Of a stretch of DNA of 64,000 nucleotides, positions 42,257 through 52,452 are shown one piece after another. A program made the translations under genes and the position numbers. The DNA is taken from assembly GCA_949288805.1 (NCBI GenBank), contig CASELL010000006.1, positions 15,035 to 79,034 on the forward strand, read 5' to 3'. Origin of the DNA: an uncultured Alphaproteobacteria bacterium (GTDB lineage Bacteria; Pseudomonadota; Alphaproteobacteria; Rickettsiales; UBA1997). The notes under the pieces are model-generated. The model was not told the DNA's origin. It saw only the letters and a program-made list of their open reading frames with translations, and made no database searches. The first letter of the stretch is position 1. The number at the start of each line of letters is the position of its first letter.

Positions 42257-42415
42257 ATGAGTAAAGAAATTAGAAATGAAATTTTAGAATCAAAGAAAAA
42301 ATTACTTTCTTTAAGAATAAAAAAATCTAGCGGTGATTTAAAAGATACTTCTGCTATTAAGAAGTTGAAAAAAGAAATAGCTAGATTATTTACTAAAATG
42401 AATAAACAGGATTAA
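42257..42415 (+). CDS. rpmC: 50S protein uL29 (short, 52 aa; not in the ORF track)
   Basis: MSKEIRNEILESKKKLLSLRIKKSSGDLKDTSAIKKLKKEIARLFT between rplP and rpsQ. Confidence 0.9.
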   Translation: MSKEIRNEILESKKKLLSLRIKKSSGDLKDTSAIKKLKKEIARLFTKMNKQD

Positions 42416-42417
42416 GT

Positions 42418-42654
42418 ATGGCTAATAATATAAAAGTTAAAGTAATTAGTAAAGCTGGAGATAAGACTGTTGTTGGTGAATCTTCTAGTTTGAAGATGCA
42501 CCCTATATATAAAAAATATATAAAAGTTGCTAAAAAATATATGATACATGACGAGAGTAATTCTGTTAAAGTTGGTGATGAAATTTTTATTAAATCTTCT
42601 AGACCAATTTCTAAGAGAAAAACTTGGGTTATTGCTAATAATAAAGAGGATTAG
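42418..42654 (+). CDS. rpsQ: 30S protein uS17
   Basis: HPIYKK, HDE, RPISKRK. Confidence 0.96.
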   Translation: MANNIKVKVISKAGDKTVVGESSSLKMHPIYKKYIKVAKKYMIHDESNSVKVGDEIFIKSSRPISKRKTWVIANNKED

Positions 42655-42656
42655 TT

Positions 42657-43025
42657 ATGATACAAATGGAAACTAGTTTAAATGTTGCTGATAACTCAGG
42701 GGCTAAGTCCGCAAGATGTATTAAAGTTCTTGGTGGTTCTGATCATATGATTACAGGAATAGCAGATGTTGTTGTTGTTGCTATTTCTAGTGCAATACCT
42801 GGTGGAAAAGTTAAAAAAGGAGATGTTGCACGAGGAGTAATTGTTAGAACTAAAAAAGAAATACAAAGAGCAGATGGTAGCACAATTAGATTTGATGATA
42901 ATGCTATCGTTTTAATTAATAAAGACAATACGCCAGTAGGTACTAGGGTGTTCGGACCAGTAGCTAGAGAATTGAGAAATGGCGATTTTACTAAGATATT
43001 ATCATTAGCACCTGAGGTATTGTAA
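42657..43025 (+). CDS. rplN: 50S protein uL14
   Basis: [26 protein letters not shown]. Confidence 0.98.
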   Translation: MIQMETSLNVADNSGAKSARCIKVLGGSDHMITGIADVVVVAISSAIPGGKVKKGDVARGVIVRTKKEIQRADGSTIRFDDNAIVLINKDNTPVGTRVFGPVARELRNGDFTKILSLAPEVL

Positions 43026-43333
43026 TGGCAGCAAAAATTAAAAAGAAAGATACTGTAATAGTATTGACTGGTAAAGACAAGGGAAAAACAGGAGAGGTTT
43101 TACAAGTTTTTCCAAAAGATAATAAAGTTATTGTATCTGGTATTAACATTGCTAAAAAGCATAAAAAACCAACAATGAATACACCAGGACAAATAATTAG
43201 TATTGAACAACCTATACATGTTTCTAATGTTTCTTTGGTTGAAGATGGAAAACCAGCAAAAGTTGGATTTAAAGTTGAAGATGGAAAGAAAGTTAGAATT
43301 TTTAAGAAAACTGGTAATAAGGTAGGTAATTAA
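43025..43333 (+). CDS. rplX: 50S protein uL24
   Basis: KOW GKDKGK, PIHVSNV. Confidence 0.97.
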   Translation: MAAKIKKKDTVIVLTGKDKGKTGEVLQVFPKDNKVIVSGINIAKKHKKPTMNTPGQIISIEQPIHVSNVSLVEDGKPAKVGFKVEDGKKVRIFKKTGNKVGN

Positions 43334-43334
43334 T

Positions 43335-43871
43335 ATGTCTCATTTAAAAGAATTATATCAAACAAAAATAAAAGAAAACTTAAAGAAAAAGTTTGATTAT
43401 AAGAATGATTTAGAAATACCTAGATTGGAAAAAGTTTCTTTAAATATAGCTTTTAAAACAGCTGATGCTGATAGTAACTTTTTAAAATATGTTGTTGATC
43501 AATTATCGGCTATTGCTGGTCAAAAAGCTGTTTTAGTTAATGCTAGAAAATCTGTTGCAAGTTTTAAATTAAGAGAAGGTTCTCCTATAGCTTGTAAAGT
43601 TACTTTAAGAGGCGAAAGAATGTATAACTTTTTAGATAAATTAATTTACATTGCTTTACCTAGAATTAAAGACTTTAGAGGATTGTCTAGTAAAACATTC
43701 AATCAAAGTGGTCATTATAGCTTTGGTATTAAAGAGCATACTATTTTTCCAGAAATAGATTTAGATAAAGCCTATAAAATTTTAGGTATGAATATTAATA
43801 TAATAACAACAGCAAAAACAGTTGAAGAATGTAAGGCTTTGTTATTAGAAATGAAATTTCCTTTAAAATAA
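43335..43871 (+). CDS. rplE: 50S protein uL5
   Basis: FKLREG, LPRIKDFRG, FPEI. Confidence 0.97.
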   Translation: MSHLKELYQTKIKENLKKKFDYKNDLEIPRLEKVSLNIAFKTADADSNFLKYVVDQLSAIAGQKAVLVNARKSVASFKLREGSPIACKVTLRGERMYNFLDKLIYIALPRIKDFRGLSSKTFNQSGHYSFGIKEHTIFPEIDLDKAYKILGMNINIITTAKTVEECKALLLEMKFPLK

Positions 43872-43883
43872 TAGAGAGAAGAT

Positions 43884-44189
43884 ATGGCAAAAATAAGTGC
43901 AATTGATAAAAATAAAAAAAGAAAAGAAAAAATAGATAGATATAGCGAAAAAAGAGCTAAATTAAAATCTATCATGAATGATGTTAATCTTCCAGCAGAA
44001 GAAAGAGTGGCAGCTATGATTAAATTATCTGAATTGCCTAGAAATTCTGCTAAAGTTAGATATAGAAACAGATGCGCTTTGACAGGTAGACCTAGAGCAT
44101 ATCATGGACATTTTGGGGTTTCTAGAATCATGTTAAGAGAATTGGTTTCTTGGGGAAAGATTCCTGGATTAAAAAAGTCAAGTTGGTAG
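43884..44189 (+). CDS. rpsN: 30S protein uS14 (long, Zn-free type)
   Basis: RNRCALTGRPR, IPGLKKSSW. Confidence 0.97.
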   Translation: MAKISAIDKNKKRKEKIDRYSEKRAKLKSIMNDVNLPAEERVAAMIKLSELPRNSAKVRYRNRCALTGRPRAYHGHFGVSRIMLRELVSWGKIPGLKKSSW

Positions 44190-44198
44190 GAGGTATAT

Positions 44199-44591
44199 AT
44201 GTCAAATCACGCAGTTTCTCAATTAGTTACATGTCTTAAGAATGGACAAATGGCTAGAAAAGAAAAGGTTATTACTCCTAGTTCTAAAATGAAATTAAGT
44301 ATTTTAGATATACTAAAAAAAGATGGTTTTATTACTGATTATGAAGTGGAGAATAACGGTAGTTTTGATGTAATTGAAATTACTTTATCTTATAATGGAT
44401 TACAACCAGTTATTAAAGATATAGAAGTTATATCAAAACCAGGAAGAAGAGTTTATTCAAAGGTAGAAGATATTCCTGTTGTATATAATGGTTTAGGTGT
44501 TGTTATTTTATCTACTCCTAAAGGTATAATCACTGATTATGATGCTAAACATCTTAACGTTGGTGGTGAATTATTATTAAAAATATTTTAA
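44199..44591 (+). CDS. rpsH: 30S protein uS8
   Basis: SKPGRRVY, GLGVVILSTPKG, GGE. Confidence 0.97.
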   Translation: MSNHAVSQLVTCLKNGQMARKEKVITPSSKMKLSILDILKKDGFITDYEVENNGSFDVIEITLSYNGLQPVIKDIEVISKPGRRVYSKVEDIPVVYNGLGVVILSTPKGIITDYDAKHLNVGGELLLKIF

Positions 44592-44602
44592 TTGGAGTTT
44601 TT

Positions 44603-45136
44603 ATGGTTAGTAGAATAGGAAAATTACCAATTAAAGTTGCAGATGATATAAAAGTTGCAATTAACGATTCTGTTGTTTCTTTTACTAAAGGAAACAAAAC
44701 TAAAACTTATGATTTTGGTGATAAAGTAAAAGTTTCTTTTAAAGACAAAGAAATTTTTGTCGAAGAAACAGAAGACACAGAGTCTACTCAATTTTGTGGT
44801 TTACATAGAGCTAATATAGCCAATATAGTTAAAGGCCTAACAGAAGGTTATAAAGTTGTTTTAGAATATAATGGTGTTGGTTATAGAGCAGATGTAGCAA
44901 AAGGATTTTTAATTTTAGGTTTAGGTTATAGTCATGATATAGTAATTAAGATACCTGAGGGTATAACTATAACTCCAGAAAAACCTAATTTAATTAATAT
45001 ACAAGGAGATGATAAAGAAGTTATTGGAACACTAGCTTCTAGAATAATTTCTTTAAGAAAGACTGAGCCATATAAAGGCAAGGGTATTAAATATCAAGGT
45101 CAAGAGATTTTGAGAAAAGAAGGTAAAAAGAAATAG
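44603..45136 (+). CDS. rplF: 50S protein uL6
   Basis: SRIGK, GVGYR, EPYKGKGI. Confidence 0.97.
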   Translation: MVSRIGKLPIKVADDIKVAINDSVVSFTKGNKTKTYDFGDKVKVSFKDKEIFVEETEDTESTQFCGLHRANIANIVKGLTEGYKVVLEYNGVGYRADVAKGFLILGLGYSHDIVIKIPEGITITPEKPNLINIQGDDKEVIGTLASRIISLRKTEPYKGKGIKYQGQEILRKEGKKK

Positions 45137-45144
45137 GTAATTTT

Positions 45145-45495
45145 ATGACTAAAGAATTATTAGAAAGAAGAAAAAAAAGAAATTCTTACAGAATAAAAAC
45201 TAATAATAAAAGTAAGAGACCTGTTTTAAATATATTTAAAAGTAATAAAAATATCTATTCCCAAATAGTTGATTTAGATGGTAAAGTTTTATTAGCTGTT
45301 TCTTCTAAAAATATAGGTATAGATTTAAATAAAAAAACAGGTATAGAAATTGCAGAGATAGTTGGTGCAGAAGTTGCTAAAAAAGCAAAAGAGCAAAACA
45401 TAACTCAAATTGCTTTTAATAAGGGACCTTATTTATATATAGGTAGAGTTAAAGCATTAGCTGATTCTGCTAGAAAAAATGGTTTAGATTTTTAA
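45145..45495 (+). CDS. rplR: 50S protein uL18
   Basis: SNKNIYSQ, GRVKALAD. Confidence 0.96.
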   Translation: MTKELLERRKKRNSYRIKTNNKSKRPVLNIFKSNKNIYSQIVDLDGKVLLAVSSKNIGIDLNKKTGIEIAEIVGAEVAKKAKEQNITQIAFNKGPYLYIGRVKALADSARKNGLDF

Positions 45496-45515
45496 ATGAA
45501 TAAAAGGTATATACT

Positions 45516-46103
45516 ATGTATAAAAATAGTAAAGAAGTTGTTAATATAATAGAAAAACTTATTTGTGTAAATAAAGTTTCTAAAACCACAACAGGAGGAA
45601 AAAGACTTTCTTTTGCTGCCTTAGTTGTTGTAGGAGACGGTAAAGGTAGAGTTGGCTTTGGAGCTGGTAAAGCAAGAGAAATTACAGATGCTAGAAATAA
45701 AGCTGTAGAAAGCGCAAAAAGATCTATGATTAGAGTTCCTTTAAAAGAGGGTAGAACTATACATCATGAATGTGAAGGGAAATATGGTTGTGGCAAAGTA
45801 ATTTTAAGACCTGCACCTGCTGGAACTGGTATTATATCTGGTGGTCCTATGCGAGCAGTTTTTGAATGTCTTGGATTGCAAGATATAGTTTCTAAATCTT
45901 TAGGAACAAACAATCCATATAATATGATTTTAGCTACTTTTGAGGCATTAAAAGCTATGAATTCTCCTAAAAATGTTGCCGATAGAAGATCTAAACATGT
46001 TAGTGAAATTATTAAAAGAAGAAATATAATTAATAATGATAAAAATATAGAAAATAACACTAACAATGATCATTCTTCAACTGAAAACAACATAGAGGAG
46101 TAA
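45516..46103 (+). CDS. rpsE: 30S protein uS5
   Basis: [21 protein letters not shown]. Confidence 0.97.
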   Translation: MYKNSKEVVNIIEKLICVNKVSKTTTGGKRLSFAALVVVGDGKGRVGFGAGKAREITDARNKAVESAKRSMIRVPLKEGRTIHHECEGKYGCGKVILRPAPAGTGIISGGPMRAVFECLGLQDIVSKSLGTNNPYNMILATFEALKAMNSPKNVADRRSKHVSEIIKRRNIINNDKNIENNTNNDHSSTENNIEE

Positions 46104-46105
46104 TT

Positions 46106-46312
46106 ATGTTACAAAAATTTAGTGAATTAGAGAATAAAGATATCATAGTTACACAAGTTTATAGTGATTGTGATAAAATTCAAAAAATAAAAGATACCAT
46201 TAAAGGATTAGGACTTAGAGGTATCGGAAGTGAAGTAAATTTAAAATGTACCAAAGATATTTATGGTATGTTAAATAAAGTTTCTCATTTAATTAAAGTT
46301 AATTTAAAATAG
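46106..46312 (+). CDS. rpmD: 50S protein uL30
   Basis: [16 protein letters not shown], operon order. Confidence 0.9.
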   Translation: MLQKFSELENKDIIVTQVYSDCDKIQKIKDTIKGLGLRGIGSEVNLKCTKDIYGMLNKVSHLIKVNLK

Positions 46313-46320
46313 GTAGAATT

Positions 46321-46746
46321 ATGACAAAATTAAATGAATTAAAAAGTATTGCTAATAAAGCTAAAAAAAGGCTTGGACGAGGTATTGGTTCAGGTAAGGG
46401 TAAAACTTCTGGTAGAGGTCATAAAGGTCAAAAAGCTAGAAGCGGTGTAGCTATAAAAGGTTTTGAAGGGGGACAAACTCCTTTGTATATGAGATTACCA
46501 CATAGAGGTTTTGTAAATGTTTTTAGAAAAGAATATAAGACAATTACAACCGATATGATAGATGATTTATTTGAAAGTGGAACACTTGATAGTGCTGAAA
46601 TTACTAAAACTATTTTAATTGATAAAAATATAATTAAGAAAAATACATTAATTAAATTGGTTATGGGTAAAAGAGCAGTTAAAAAAGATTTTATAATAGA
46701 AGCAGATAAAGCTTCTGAAAAAGCTAGTAAATATTTAAAAAAATAG
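46321..46746 (+). CDS. rplO: 50S protein uL15
   Basis: [20 protein letters not shown]. Confidence 0.97.
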   Translation: MTKLNELKSIANKAKKRLGRGIGSGKGKTSGRGHKGQKARSGVAIKGFEGGQTPLYMRLPHRGFVNVFRKEYKTITTDMIDDLFESGTLDSAEITKTILIDKNIIKKNTLIKLVMGKRAVKKDFIIEADKASEKASKYLKK

Positions 46747-46754
46747 GTATATAA

Positions 46755-48014
46755 ATGAGTCCCGAACTAAGAAAAAGAATTTTATTTACTTTATTTATAG
46801 TTATAATATATAGAATAGGAACATTTATACCTTTACCAGGTATAAATACAAAAATAATAGCAGAGTTTTTTGAAACAAGCTCTAGCTCCATATTTAATTT
46901 AATAAATACTTTTTCTGGGGGCGCTTTTCAGAGAATGAGTATTTTTGCTTTAAACATAATGCCGTATATTACAGCTTCAATTATTATTCAATTATTAAGC
47001 TCTGTTTATAAAACTTTAGGAGAATTAAGAAAAGAAGGAGAGGCTGGAAAAAGAAAATTAAATCAATACACTAAATATTTGACATTATGTTTAGGATTCT
47101 TTCAAGCTATAGGTATATACTATGCTTTTTCTAATTTAGAACAATCAGCTTTTGTCAGCGATTCTAAAATATTTTTATGGACTACCGTTTTTAGTTTACT
47201 GGGAAGCACAATGTTTTTAATGTGGCTTGGTGATAAAATTACACATCAAGGAATAGGAAACGGTATATCTATTTTAATTACTATTGGTATTATAGCAGAA
47301 TTGCCCTCTAATATAATAAATATATTACAATTATCAAAATCTGGTATGTATTCCACTGGTTTTGTTATAGCTTTGTTTGTATTGTTTATATTATTAATAG
47401 GTTTCGTTGTATTTATGGAAAAGGCAGTTAGGAAGGTTAAAATACAATATCCAAATAGAGGACTTATTAAAGATGGTGCGGATAATTCTTTTATTCCTTT
47501 AAAATTAAATATATCCGGAGTTATTCCTCCAATTTTTGCAAGTTCAATTTTAGCTTTCCCTTTGGCTATTACACAATTTTTTAGTGCTGATTTAGCTAAT
47601 AAGATGTCTTCACATTTTCAAAGAGGAAGTTTGGTATATATTTTACTATTTGCTATTGCTTCAATATTTTTCTCATATTTTTATTCGTCAATAGTATTTA
47701 ATACTGAAGAAATGGCAGATAATTTAAAAAAGAGTAATTGTTTTGTACCAGGTATTAGACCAGGAAAAAACACTATGGAATATTTTGATAGTATAATATC
47801 AAAATTAACTTTAATAGGTGCGCTATATTTGGTATTTGTTTGTATAATACCTGATATATTGTTTAGTAAATATTCTATTCAATTGTCAATAGGAGGCACT
47901 AGTTTATTGATTATTGTTAGTACTGTTATTGATTTGATTACACAGTTTCAATCACATGTGTTTTCAGAAAAATATAACAATGTTAACAAAAGAAGAAGAG
48001 TGAGGGTAAGGTAG
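46755..48014 (+). CDS. secY: Preprotein translocase SecY
   Basis: IMPYITASII, GIGNGISI, GVIPPIFASS, PGIRPG, GGTSLLI. Confidence 0.97.
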   Translation: MSPELRKRILFTLFIVIIYRIGTFIPLPGINTKIIAEFFETSSSSIFNLINTFSGGAFQRMSIFALNIMPYITASIIIQLLSSVYKTLGELRKEGEAGKRKLNQYTKYLTLCLGFFQAIGIYYAFSNLEQSAFVSDSKIFLWTTVFSLLGSTMFLMWLGDKITHQGIGNGISILITIGIIAELPSNIINILQLSKSGMYSTGFVIALFVLFILLIGFVVFMEKAVRKVKIQYPNRGLIKDGADNSFIPLKLNISGVIPPIFASSILAFPLAITQFFSADLANKMSSHFQRGSLVYILLFAIASIFFSYFYSSIVFNTEEMADNLKKSNCFVPGIRPGKNTMEYFDSIISKLTLIGALYLVFVCIIPDILFSKYSIQLSIGGTSLLIIVSTVIDLITQFQSHVFSEKYNNVNKRRRVRVR

Positions 48015-48018
48015 AATT

Positions 48019-48681
48019 ATGTTTAGAATACTTATAATGGGTCCTGCTGGATCTGGAAAAGGAACACAATCTGCTTTAATTTCACAAAAGTATGGAATCC
48101 CAGAAATATCAACTGGTGTTCTATTACGACAAAAAGTAAAAGATGGAGATGAGCTTGGTAAAAAAATTGACAAAATTATATCTGCTGGAAATTTTGTAGA
48201 CGACGATTTAGTTTTTTCAATTTTAAAAGAGAGACTTGAAAAAGAAGATTGTAAGAATGGTTTTGTTTTAGACGGTTTTCCAAGAAACTCTCACCAAGCC
48301 ATTGAATTAGAGGAATATTTAAAATCAAAAAATATCACTATTGATTGTGTTTTGGTTTTAGATGTTCCAGATGATATAGTTATTAAAAGAATATCCGGAA
48401 GATTTGAGTGTAAGAAATGTGGAAAAATATATAATAAATTTTTCAGTAATACAAAAATTGAAGGAACTTGTGATGTTTGTGGATCTACTGATTTTTCAGT
48501 TAGAAAGGACGATCAAGATTTAATAGCTATACAAAAAAGATTAGATATTTATAAGACTATGTCAAGCAATATTATAGATTATTATAATAAAAAAAACTTG
48601 ATTTATATTATAAATGGTTTAAAAAATATAAATGATATTAGTCAAGATATAGAAAATATTTTAATTAATAATAAAAAATAA
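48019..48681 (+). CDS. adk: Adenylate kinase with Zn-lid
   Basis: [16 protein letters not shown], two CxxC motifs. Confidence 0.97.
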   Translation: MFRILIMGPAGSGKGTQSALISQKYGIPEISTGVLLRQKVKDGDELGKKIDKIISAGNFVDDDLVFSILKERLEKEDCKNGFVLDGFPRNSHQAIELEEYLKSKNITIDCVLVLDVPDDIVIKRISGRFECKKCGKIYNKFFSNTKIEGTCDVCGSTDFSVRKDDQDLIAIQKRLDIYKTMSSNIIDYYNKKNLIYIINGLKNINDISQDIENILINNKK

Positions 48682-48691
48682 GAGGTTACAA

Positions 48692-49087
48692 TTGGCTAGA
48701 ATAGCGGGAGTAAATATACCTACAAATAAAAGGTTCGTTATAGCCTTAACTTATGTTTATGGTATAGGTAGAAGCAGAGCTGAAAAAATATGTGATGAAT
48801 TACATATTGATAAACAGCTAAGAACTAGCGAGATATCAGAAGATGATTTAGCTAGAGTTAGAGATTTAATTAACAAACAAGCTGAAGAAGATAGTCCTTC
48901 TGAAGTTGGTTTAGTTGAGGGTGATTTAAGAAGAAAGGTTCATTCTAATATAAAAAGACTAATTGATGTTAGTTGTTATAGAGGAATTAGACATGTTAAA
49001 AAATTACCCGTTAGAGGACAAAGGACTCACAATAATGCCAAAACTAAACGAGGCAAGAGAGTTCCAATAGCAGCTAAAAAGAAATAG
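48692..49087 (+). CDS. rpsM: 30S protein uS13 (TTG start)
   Basis: [21 protein letters not shown]. Confidence 0.97.
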   Translation: MARIAGVNIPTNKRFVIALTYVYGIGRSRAEKICDELHIDKQLRTSEISEDDLARVRDLINKQAEEDSPSEVGLVEGDLRRKVHSNIKRLIDVSCYRGIRHVKKLPVRGQRTHNNAKTKRGKRVPIAAKKK

Positions 49088-49095
49088 GAGAGTTT

Positions 49096-49491
49096 ATGGC
49101 TAAAGATACAAAAAAAACTACAACTGCTACTAAAAAGAAAAGAAATATAGTTGTTGGAACAGTAAATATTTTATCTACATTCAATAATACTATTGTTTCT
49201 ATTACTGATACACAAGGCAATGTTATTTCTTGGGCTTCATCTGGTAAAATGGGTTTTAAAGGTTCTAGAAAATCAACACCATATGCTGCACAATTAGTTG
49301 CTAGTAATGCTATTGAAAAAGCTAAGGAATATGGTTTCCAAACTGCTAATGTTATAGTTAGAGGTCCAGGTGTTGGTAGAGAATCTGCTTTGAGAGCCCT
49401 ACAAGGAAGTGGCGTTTCTGTGTTATCTATTTCTGATGCAACATATCATCCACACAATGGTTGTAGACCACCTAAAAAAAGAAGACCATAA
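49096..49491 (+). CDS. rpsK: 30S protein uS11
   Basis: [24 protein letters not shown]. Confidence 0.97.
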   Translation: MAKDTKKTTTATKKKRNIVVGTVNILSTFNNTIVSITDTQGNVISWASSGKMGFKGSRKSTPYAAQLVASNAIEKAKEYGFQTANVIVRGPGVGRESALRALQGSGVSVLSISDATYHPHNGCRPPKKRRP

Positions 49492-49500
49492 TTAATAGGA

Positions 49501-50517
49501 GTGAAAATGGCTATTTTACAAGAAAATTGGAAAGACATTATATTTCCTAATTCTATGAATGTAGAATATATAGACAACAACAAAAATAAGGCTGTTATTT
49601 ATATAGAACCATTAGAAAGAGGTTATGGAGCAACACTTGGTAATTCCTTAAGAAGAGTTTTATTATCTTCCATAAGAGGTTTTGCTGTTACTTCTGTTAA
49701 AATTGACAGTGTTTTACATGAATATAGTTCAATTGATGGAGTTAAAGAAGATGTAGCTGATATAATAATGAATATAAAATCATTAATTATAAATAAAAGC
49801 ACACCAACTCCTGCCATTTTAAAATTGAAATTAAACAAAAAGGGTGTCGTTTTAGCAAAGGATATAGTTGTTTCCAATGATGTTGAAATATTAAATCCAG
49901 AATTGGTAATTTGTAATATTGAAGATAGTAAAGTTAATCTTAATATTGAAATGACAGTTGAATATGGTATGGGTTATTCTTTAACAGAAGAAAAGGATAA
50001 AGGCGATAAAGAAGTATCTGTAATTTATTTAGATACTTTATACAATCCAGTTAAAAAAGTTTCTTTTGCTGTTGAAAATGCCAGAATAGGACAACAAACT
50101 GATTACGATAAATTAATTCTTGAAGTTGAAACTAATGGTACAATTTCTCCAAAAGATGCTGTTGGAATTGCTGCCAAGATATTACAATCTCAATTAAATG
50201 TTTTTGTAAGTTTTGATGTTAATGTCATTTCCAATGAAGACACAAGTTCCAAACCTTCAAAAAATGAAGATTTATTGAACAAGAAAATTGATGAAATGGA
50301 ATTATCTGTTAGATCATATAACTGTTTAATTAATGAGGGTATAAAATATATTGGTGATCTAGTTCAAAAAAGCGAATTAGATATGTTAAGACTTCCTAAT
50401 TTTGGTAGAAAATCTTTAAATGAATTGAAAGAAAATTTAAAAGTTATGGGTTTAAGTTTTGATATGAAATTGGATAATTGGTCACCAAATGAGTTATCAA
50501 AAAAGAAGAAAGATTGA
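49501..50517 (+). CDS. rpoA: RNA polymerase alpha subunit
   Basis: EPLERGYG, GNSLRRVLLSS, LSVRSYNCL, NFGRKSL. Confidence 0.97.
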   Translation: MKMAILQENWKDIIFPNSMNVEYIDNNKNKAVIYIEPLERGYGATLGNSLRRVLLSSIRGFAVTSVKIDSVLHEYSSIDGVKEDVADIIMNIKSLIINKSTPTPAILKLKLNKKGVVLAKDIVVSNDVEILNPELVICNIEDSKVNLNIEMTVEYGMGYSLTEEKDKGDKEVSVIYLDTLYNPVKKVSFAVENARIGQQTDYDKLILEVETNGTISPKDAVGIAAKILQSQLNVFVSFDVNVISNEDTSSKPSKNEDLLNKKIDEMELSVRSYNCLINEGIKYIGDLVQKSELDMLRLPNFGRKSLNELKENLKVMGLSFDMKLDNWSPNELSKKKKD

Positions 50518-50526
50518 GGTAGTTAA

Positions 50527-50880
50527 ATGAGACATGGAATGAAACATAGAAAGCTAAATAGGACAAGTGCCCACAGAAAAGCTTTGTTTATGAATTTATC
50601 TAATGCTTTAATTAAAAGCAATAGAATAACTACTACATTACCTAAAGCTAAAGAATTAAGACCTTTTGTAGAAAAAATGGTTACTCTTGGCAAAAAGGGT
50701 GATTTAAATAGTAGAAGAATTGCTATTTCTATTTTGAGAGATGAAGAAGTTGTTAAAAAATTATTTAGCGATGTAGCTGTAAAATACAAAGATAGAAATG
50801 GTGGTTATACTAGAATTATGAAGTATGGTTTTAGAAAAGGTGATAATGCACCTATGGCTATAATAGAATTTGTTGAATAG
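50527..50880 (+). CDS. rplQ: 50S protein bL17
   Basis: [19 protein letters not shown]. Confidence 0.97.
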   Translation: MRHGMKHRKLNRTSAHRKALFMNLSNALIKSNRITTTLPKAKELRPFVEKMVTLGKKGDLNSRRIAISILRDEEVVKKLFSDVAVKYKDRNGGYTRIMKYGFRKGDNAPMAIIEFVE

Positions 50881-50888
50881 GAGTTCGT

Positions 50889-51272
50889 ATGGTAAATATA
50901 TTAGAAAAGTTTAACGAAAAACAAGTTCAAACGTTGAAAAACAGTAGAGAGTTCCCAAATTATAAGGCCGGTGATACTGTTAAAGTTAGTTATAAAATAG
51001 TAGAAGGAGATACCAGCAGAATTCAGGTTTTTGAAGGTGTAGTTATAGCTAAAGAAAAACAAAAAAAAGATTTTAATAGCACATTAACAGTTAGAAAAAT
51101 TAGTCATGGAGTTGGTGTTGAAAGAAAATTTCTATTACACTCTCCATTAGTAGAAAAAATTGAAATTGTTAAACAAGGTGTTGTTAGACGAGGTAAATTG
51201 TATTATCTTAGAGATTTAGAAGGTAAATCTGCCAGAATTAAAGGAAAGATTAATTCTAAAGAATCAAAGTAA
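50889..51272 (+). CDS. rplS: 50S protein bL19
   Basis: GDTVKV, RIQVFEG, GVGVER, VRRGKLYYLR. Confidence 0.96.
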   Translation: MVNILEKFNEKQVQTLKNSREFPNYKAGDTVKVSYKIVEGDTSRIQVFEGVVIAKEKQKKDFNSTLTVRKISHGVGVERKFLLHSPLVEKIEIVKQGVVRRGKLYYLRDLEGKSARIKGKINSKESK

Positions 51273-51273
51273 T

Positions 51274-51298
51274 AAAAAGCCCTCTTAGAGGGCTTTTT
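51274..51298. terminator. Bidirectional terminator
   Basis: AAAAAGCCCTC-TTA-GAGGGCTTTTT. Confidence 0.85.
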
Positions 51299-51321
51299 TA
51301 ATATTTATATTTTTCACCAAA

Positions 51322-51546
51322 CTATTTTTTAAGAAATAAACCATCTGTAGGACTTTCTTTTTCTTCTTTGAATTCTTTAAGTAATTCAGGATTTAATATT
51401 TTGTAAATAGGATGATTGGGGTTTTTAGCCACAAACTTAAACCTTTCTTCTAGTTCTTCATCTTTTTTTTTGTCTGATTGTTTTATACCTTCTTCGATAG
51501 TTTTATTAGTGGTTTTTTCTAATGATAGAGTTTTTGTTTCTGACAT
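51322..51546 (-). CDS. Small charged hypothetical protein
   Basis: 74-aa ORF with TAAGGA ribosome-binding site, ends at the bidirectional terminator. Confidence 0.6.
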   Translation of the reverse strand: MSETKTLSLEKTTNKTIEEGIKQSDKKKDEELEERFKFVAKNPNHPIYKILNPELLKEFKEEKESPTDGLFLKK

Positions 51547-51788
51547 ATATTTCCTTAATTAATAAAATTTTTAAATCTATTATAGACTAATATTAATTTT
51601 TTTAGTTATCAATATTTTTAAAAAAAGTAATAAGTATTATATTAAAAAATATTTTATTAATATTATAAGATCTTATAATACTACAAATATATATTTATAT
51701 AATTTTGTTGACTTATAAAAAAAAAGATACAAAATATAATTACCTTTACGCGGCAATTTATAAGGTTAATAATTTTAATTAAAATATT

Positions 51789-52403
51789 ATGACAAAAAGA
51801 ATAAATGCTAAAAAGAAAGCAAGCAGATCTTTAAATGTTAGTCTATGGGGTAGAGCTAACGATCCTTTTAATAAAAGAAATTTTAGACCTGGACAACATG
51901 GTACTGCTTTAAAAAGAGAAACTACTTATGGTAATCAATTAAAAGCAAAACAAAAATTAAAAAAGTATTATGCTAACTTAACTGAAACTCAATTTAGAAA
52001 TTTATTTGATAAAGCTAGAAAGAGCAAAGGTGATAGTGCTGAAAATTTTGTTGGTTTATTAGAAAGAAGATTAGACACTGTTATTTACAGAGCTAATTTT
52101 GTTCCTACAATGTTTGCTGCTAGACAAACAGTTACTCATAAACATGTTTTAGTTAATGGTGAAATCGTTAACATACCATCTTATTTAGTTAAACCAGGGG
52201 ATGTTATTGAAATCAAAGATTCTGCTAGAAATATAGCTTTAATTTCTGATTCATTAGCTAGAATGGAAAGAGAGGTTCCTGTTTACTTAGATTTGAATCA
52301 AAAAGATTACTCAATTAAGTTTAATGCTGTTCCTAAAATTGAAGATGTTCCATACCCAGTTGTTATGGATATTAATTTAGTAGTTGAGTTCTATTCTAGG
52401 TAA
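51789..52403 (+). CDS. rpsD: 30S protein uS4
   Basis: PGQHG, KQKLK, LERRLD, VVEFYSR. Confidence 0.97.
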   Translation: MTKRINAKKKASRSLNVSLWGRANDPFNKRNFRPGQHGTALKRETTYGNQLKAKQKLKKYYANLTETQFRNLFDKARKSKGDSAENFVGLLERRLDTVIYRANFVPTMFAARQTVTHKHVLVNGEIVNIPSYLVKPGDVIEIKDSARNIALISDSLARMEREVPVYLDLNQKDYSIKFNAVPKIEDVPYPVVMDINLVVEFYSR

Positions 52404-52425
52404 TTTTTTTTAAATTAATTATTTT

Positions 52426-52452
52426 AAATGTAGAGTTTATAACTCTACATTT
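52426..52452. terminator. Terminator between rpsD and xerD
   Basis: AAATGTAGAGTT-TAT-AACTCTACATTT followed by T run. Confidence 0.7.

Noticed and set aside
51655-51685. Palindrome as a dif site
   Set aside because: It lacks the TTATGTTAAAT-type XerD arm and 6-bp spacer, and the region looks origin-proximal.
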